A stretch of DNA of 63,446 nt, counting the filler, from Phoronis australis (taxonomy: Eukaryota; Animalia; Phoronida), in NCBI GenBank assembly GCA_002633005.1. It is 8 parts of 8 records of this genome, joined end to end, with 100 filler letters (N's around TTAATTAATTAA, not from the genome) between each part and the next. Parts side by side here need not be neighbours in the genome. Positions count along the whole stretch, not along the records: positions 55,399 to 63,446 come from NMRA01000153.1; 7 more parts are not named here. One strand, 5' to 3'. This document shows, piece after piece, positions 60,668-63,446 of the stretch. The position numbers were made by a program, and so were the translations under genes. Positions within the stretch are counted from its first letter, which is position 1, and each line of letters starts with the position of its first letter. The notes under the pieces were generated by a model, which worked only from the letters and a program-made list of their open reading frames with translations, did not search any database and was not told the DNA's origin.

Positions 60668-62470
60668 AGATTATTACATGGCGAAGTCGTTATCCCCCTT
60701 ATCTAGAGCCAGAGTGGATTTTGGAGAATTATCGCCAGAGGGTGATAATTCTACAAAATCCACGAGGGTTCTAGATAAGGGGGATAACGACTGAAAACAT
60801 GTAATAATTTATTTATACCACATACTGAACGAGAAACATTGCAATGAATCGATCTACCTTTCTCGATGTCAGAATAAATATTGATTAAGTAATTAGTAAG
60901 AATAGATCCATTTTAAGTTGCCCAAAATTTGTGCATATGTACTTTTAAATCATGGGGTCAGACTTGTTGACATGTATTTTAACGTCAAAATCTATTTTTA
61001 GATGGTGTTTACAATTTTGGTTTCTGGGGTCAAAGTACTCTAGAGATTCTAGAATATTCTGAGAACAAATTGTAACAGCCAATAATATGAGTGGATATGA
61101 TCATGTGGTTTTTATTAGCCAATCACTAAATAAGTAGAATGTTATATTATGGGCTGAAATCAACAAGATAATTAGATGCGCTATAGTAGTTGAAGCATAA
61201 AGACTTGCTACAGTGTACAGAGGAAATTGTACGACACAGCCATCTCGTGAAAGATTCCAGAAAGGATCTTGGTAAGGGAAAGGGTTAACGAACAGGAAGT
61301 TAACTAAGAGCTTGTCACTTGCATTGTGGGTAGTAAGATAATACCTGAAGTGTTGCGTCATCAGCCAGAGACTGTGACCAGCAAGAAGAATCGCGGGTAG
61401 AAGAAATTGCCTGCAAGTGTTGCATCACCAGAGACGGTGACCAGCAAGTACACTGTCGCTATACAGTGTGTGTAGTTCGACGATTCACCAACAGGACAGA
61501 CATCCAACAAGTGGAGAGTCCTTGCTTGGATAGCAGATAAGACATTTGATTGTTTTGGTTGTTTGATTAAAGTAATCTTTAAAGAGGGCGCTAGCGGAGT
61601 TACTCTTTGTAGTTGATTACTTAATTAACAATAGGTTTCATTTGTCTAATTAGGGGTTATCATATAATAAATTAATTACTGGATTTGGTTATTCACTCTC
61701 CATCTACGCACAATCTCAAAGCATAGCTACCTTTTAAACAAACCCACAGTCAATCATCTGACACTCGACTCGCCTCGGCTTTGTAACTACTTTCTATGTC
61801 AGAGGCCCGGGCTCGGAGGTCGTGACCTTTTAAGCCGAGCAATTTTTGTCAAATAATGCTTATACTCACAAGCAATTGAAAATTTAAACAAAATAGAAAT
61901 AAAGTGAATCTATAAATTAAGGTTTAGCAACTATCATAGCTTACTACACATTTTATCACGCTAAGCTTCGACCGGGAAAATATCGTCTGCTAAAGTAGGT
62001 TACCACTAGTAACTGACTATAATGCTCAAGTCAAAGGATCCCGACAACACGATACCCGCATTCAAATTGGAGATGGGTGATTTACAAGTGAGAGAACACG
62101 AGAGAAAAATTTTAGTGAATTACAATATCGTTTTTATGGAAATTAGCGGCGTCTTATTTTTCATAGCGTATCAATGTCGGTGCAATGCACTTTGCTGAAC
62201 ATGCGATTGTTGCGCGTGCTCATTGAAGTATTCGATTTTCACGTTCGATGACGTCAGCCGCTGAGTGGTGTAGTGGTAAAGTCGGCCACTCGCAACTCTT
62301 GAGGCCCGGGTTCGAAGCCGGCCCCGGTTTCCCGCCGGCTTCGAACTGTAGCTCGCTAGTGGCTTCGAAATGTTAGCTCACTAGTGAGATAACTTCATGG
62401 GAGATTACACGGTTGTATCTGCCATTTGAGGCTAATATTGTGGTATAACATGATTTATACCACAATAAAA
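60668..62470. mobile_element. Unclassified non-autonomous element bounded by palindromes (Crypton-like or Helentron-like)
   Basis: It interrupts the repeat array. There is a ~140-bp imperfect palindrome at 60670-60808 followed by TTATACCACA, and a second hairpin ATTGTGGTATA...TATACCACAAT at ~62437-62466. Confidence 0.45.
62257..62330 (+). mobile_element. tRNA-like (SINE head) sequence
   Basis: A box TGGTGTAGTGG and B box GGTTCGAAGCC; the acceptor and anticodon stems do not pair. Confidence 0.5.
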
Positions 62471-63117
62471 AGAACCTTTGAATATACAGACTTTAGGTAA
62501 ACTTAAAAAAATTAAATTGCCACTAGGAGGCACACCGGTAGTCCAATCCGTCCTGAAATCGTTGTCATCCGTTGTCAACTTAATATAAAGATACTTGCTA
62601 AATTTAATGAAGATCTTGCAGAGCCACAGGCTGGGCGCAAAATCAAAGGAAAATGCCACTAGGAGTTGTCACGGTAGTCGAAGTCGTCGGAAAGCCGTTG
62701 TCAGCTGTCTTCTTCACAGTAAGAACGTATATGCCAATTTTCACAATCATCCTTAGAGTTGTTTGATTGATGGAGGGGTAGGCGCCAAAAATATACTCGA
62801 GGGCAGTAAAATTTGCCATTAGGTGTCATCCGAAAACAAGAGGATAGCGTCATCTCGTTGGCCCATGAGCCAAGTTTTATGAAAATCCGATGACCTTTGA
62901 AGAAACAGATAAACGAAAAAAATGCCACCGGTAGGCGAATCCGTCCGAAATTCGTCGTCAACTGTCGTCAGCCTTATAGAAGCACATTTGCCAAATCTCA
63001 TCAAGATCCTGTGAGGATTTAAGAGATACAGCTGTGGACGCCGTCTCCCGGACGCCCAGACAACCGGGCAGGCAGAGATGACGAACACTCACATATAAAT
63101 ATGCGGGCGAATAAAAA
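62471..63117 (-). mobile_element. Helentron-associated (HINE-like) element with internal repeats
   Basis: The right end is the reverse complement of the 56233 element head. Internal repeats GCCAC...GGTAG...CCGTTGTCA lie near 62518, 62656 and 62924. Confidence 0.5.
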
Positions 63118-63446
63118 TGTCTACATTTCTCTAACTTTAAAGCTTCGTATCAGAAGTAGCTGTTCAAATTTATGTAAAATTTCAATTCTATGATATAAAT
63201 ACCTTTTACAAAATGAAAATGAAATGCTCAAATTTTAGAGCACTAACCGTATTTCACATAATTTTCTTCAAATGAAATTCGGTCTTGTTGTTAAAGGCGA
63301 AGGCAACCTTTTTCCATGTCATTTTGAGCTAAAATAAGGTGGGTTGGTTATCCTAGACATATTTTCCACTTAATTCCAGCTTTTCGTAATTGTATTAATT
63401 ACTCGTCCGCTACTCCGGAAGTGACGTTTTAGGAGGCAAGCGTTTC

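Noticed and set aside
62257-62330. Functional tRNA gene
   Set aside because: A and B boxes are present but the acceptor and anticodon stems do not pair; it is better explained as a SINE head. The same applies to 24021-24083.

Overview
AT-rich eukaryotic genomic DNA, most likely from a marine invertebrate (inferred from gene and transposon content; species not determinable). It is not prokaryotic: there are spliceosomal GT-AG introns and no operons or CRISPR array. Seven identical 100-bp artificial linkers (44 N + TTAATTAATTAA + 44 N) join eight segments, so adjacency across them is unverified; one ordinary N gap (23288-23511) is bridged by matching transposon ends. Host genes: (1) a 5'-truncated, uninterrupted ORF encoding a GlnD/DUF294-like nucleotidyltransferase-type region fused to a long TPR array (1-2772); (2) a TRIM gene (RING, B-box, coiled coil, NHL) with a single coding exon (16623-18422, minus); (3) one exon of mitochondrial EF-Ts (29898-30069); (4) a rolling-stone-like membrane protein (41723-42910); (5) a spliced gene that the ORF track does not assemble, encoding a secreted six-cysteine peptide precursor (exons 47038-46981 and 46185-45916, minus). 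The rest is transposon debris and repeats: Penelope-like elements (one with a minimal hammerhead motif), a three-level nest of hAT-type elements with 5-bp TSDs, a foldback element with a 9-bp TSD, an intron-containing Merlin transposase, Gypsy and LINE fragments, and several tandem arrays. The best novelty candidates are the secreted cysteine-rich peptide precursor and the NTase-TPR protein. All family calls come from motif recognition by eye, not from database searches.
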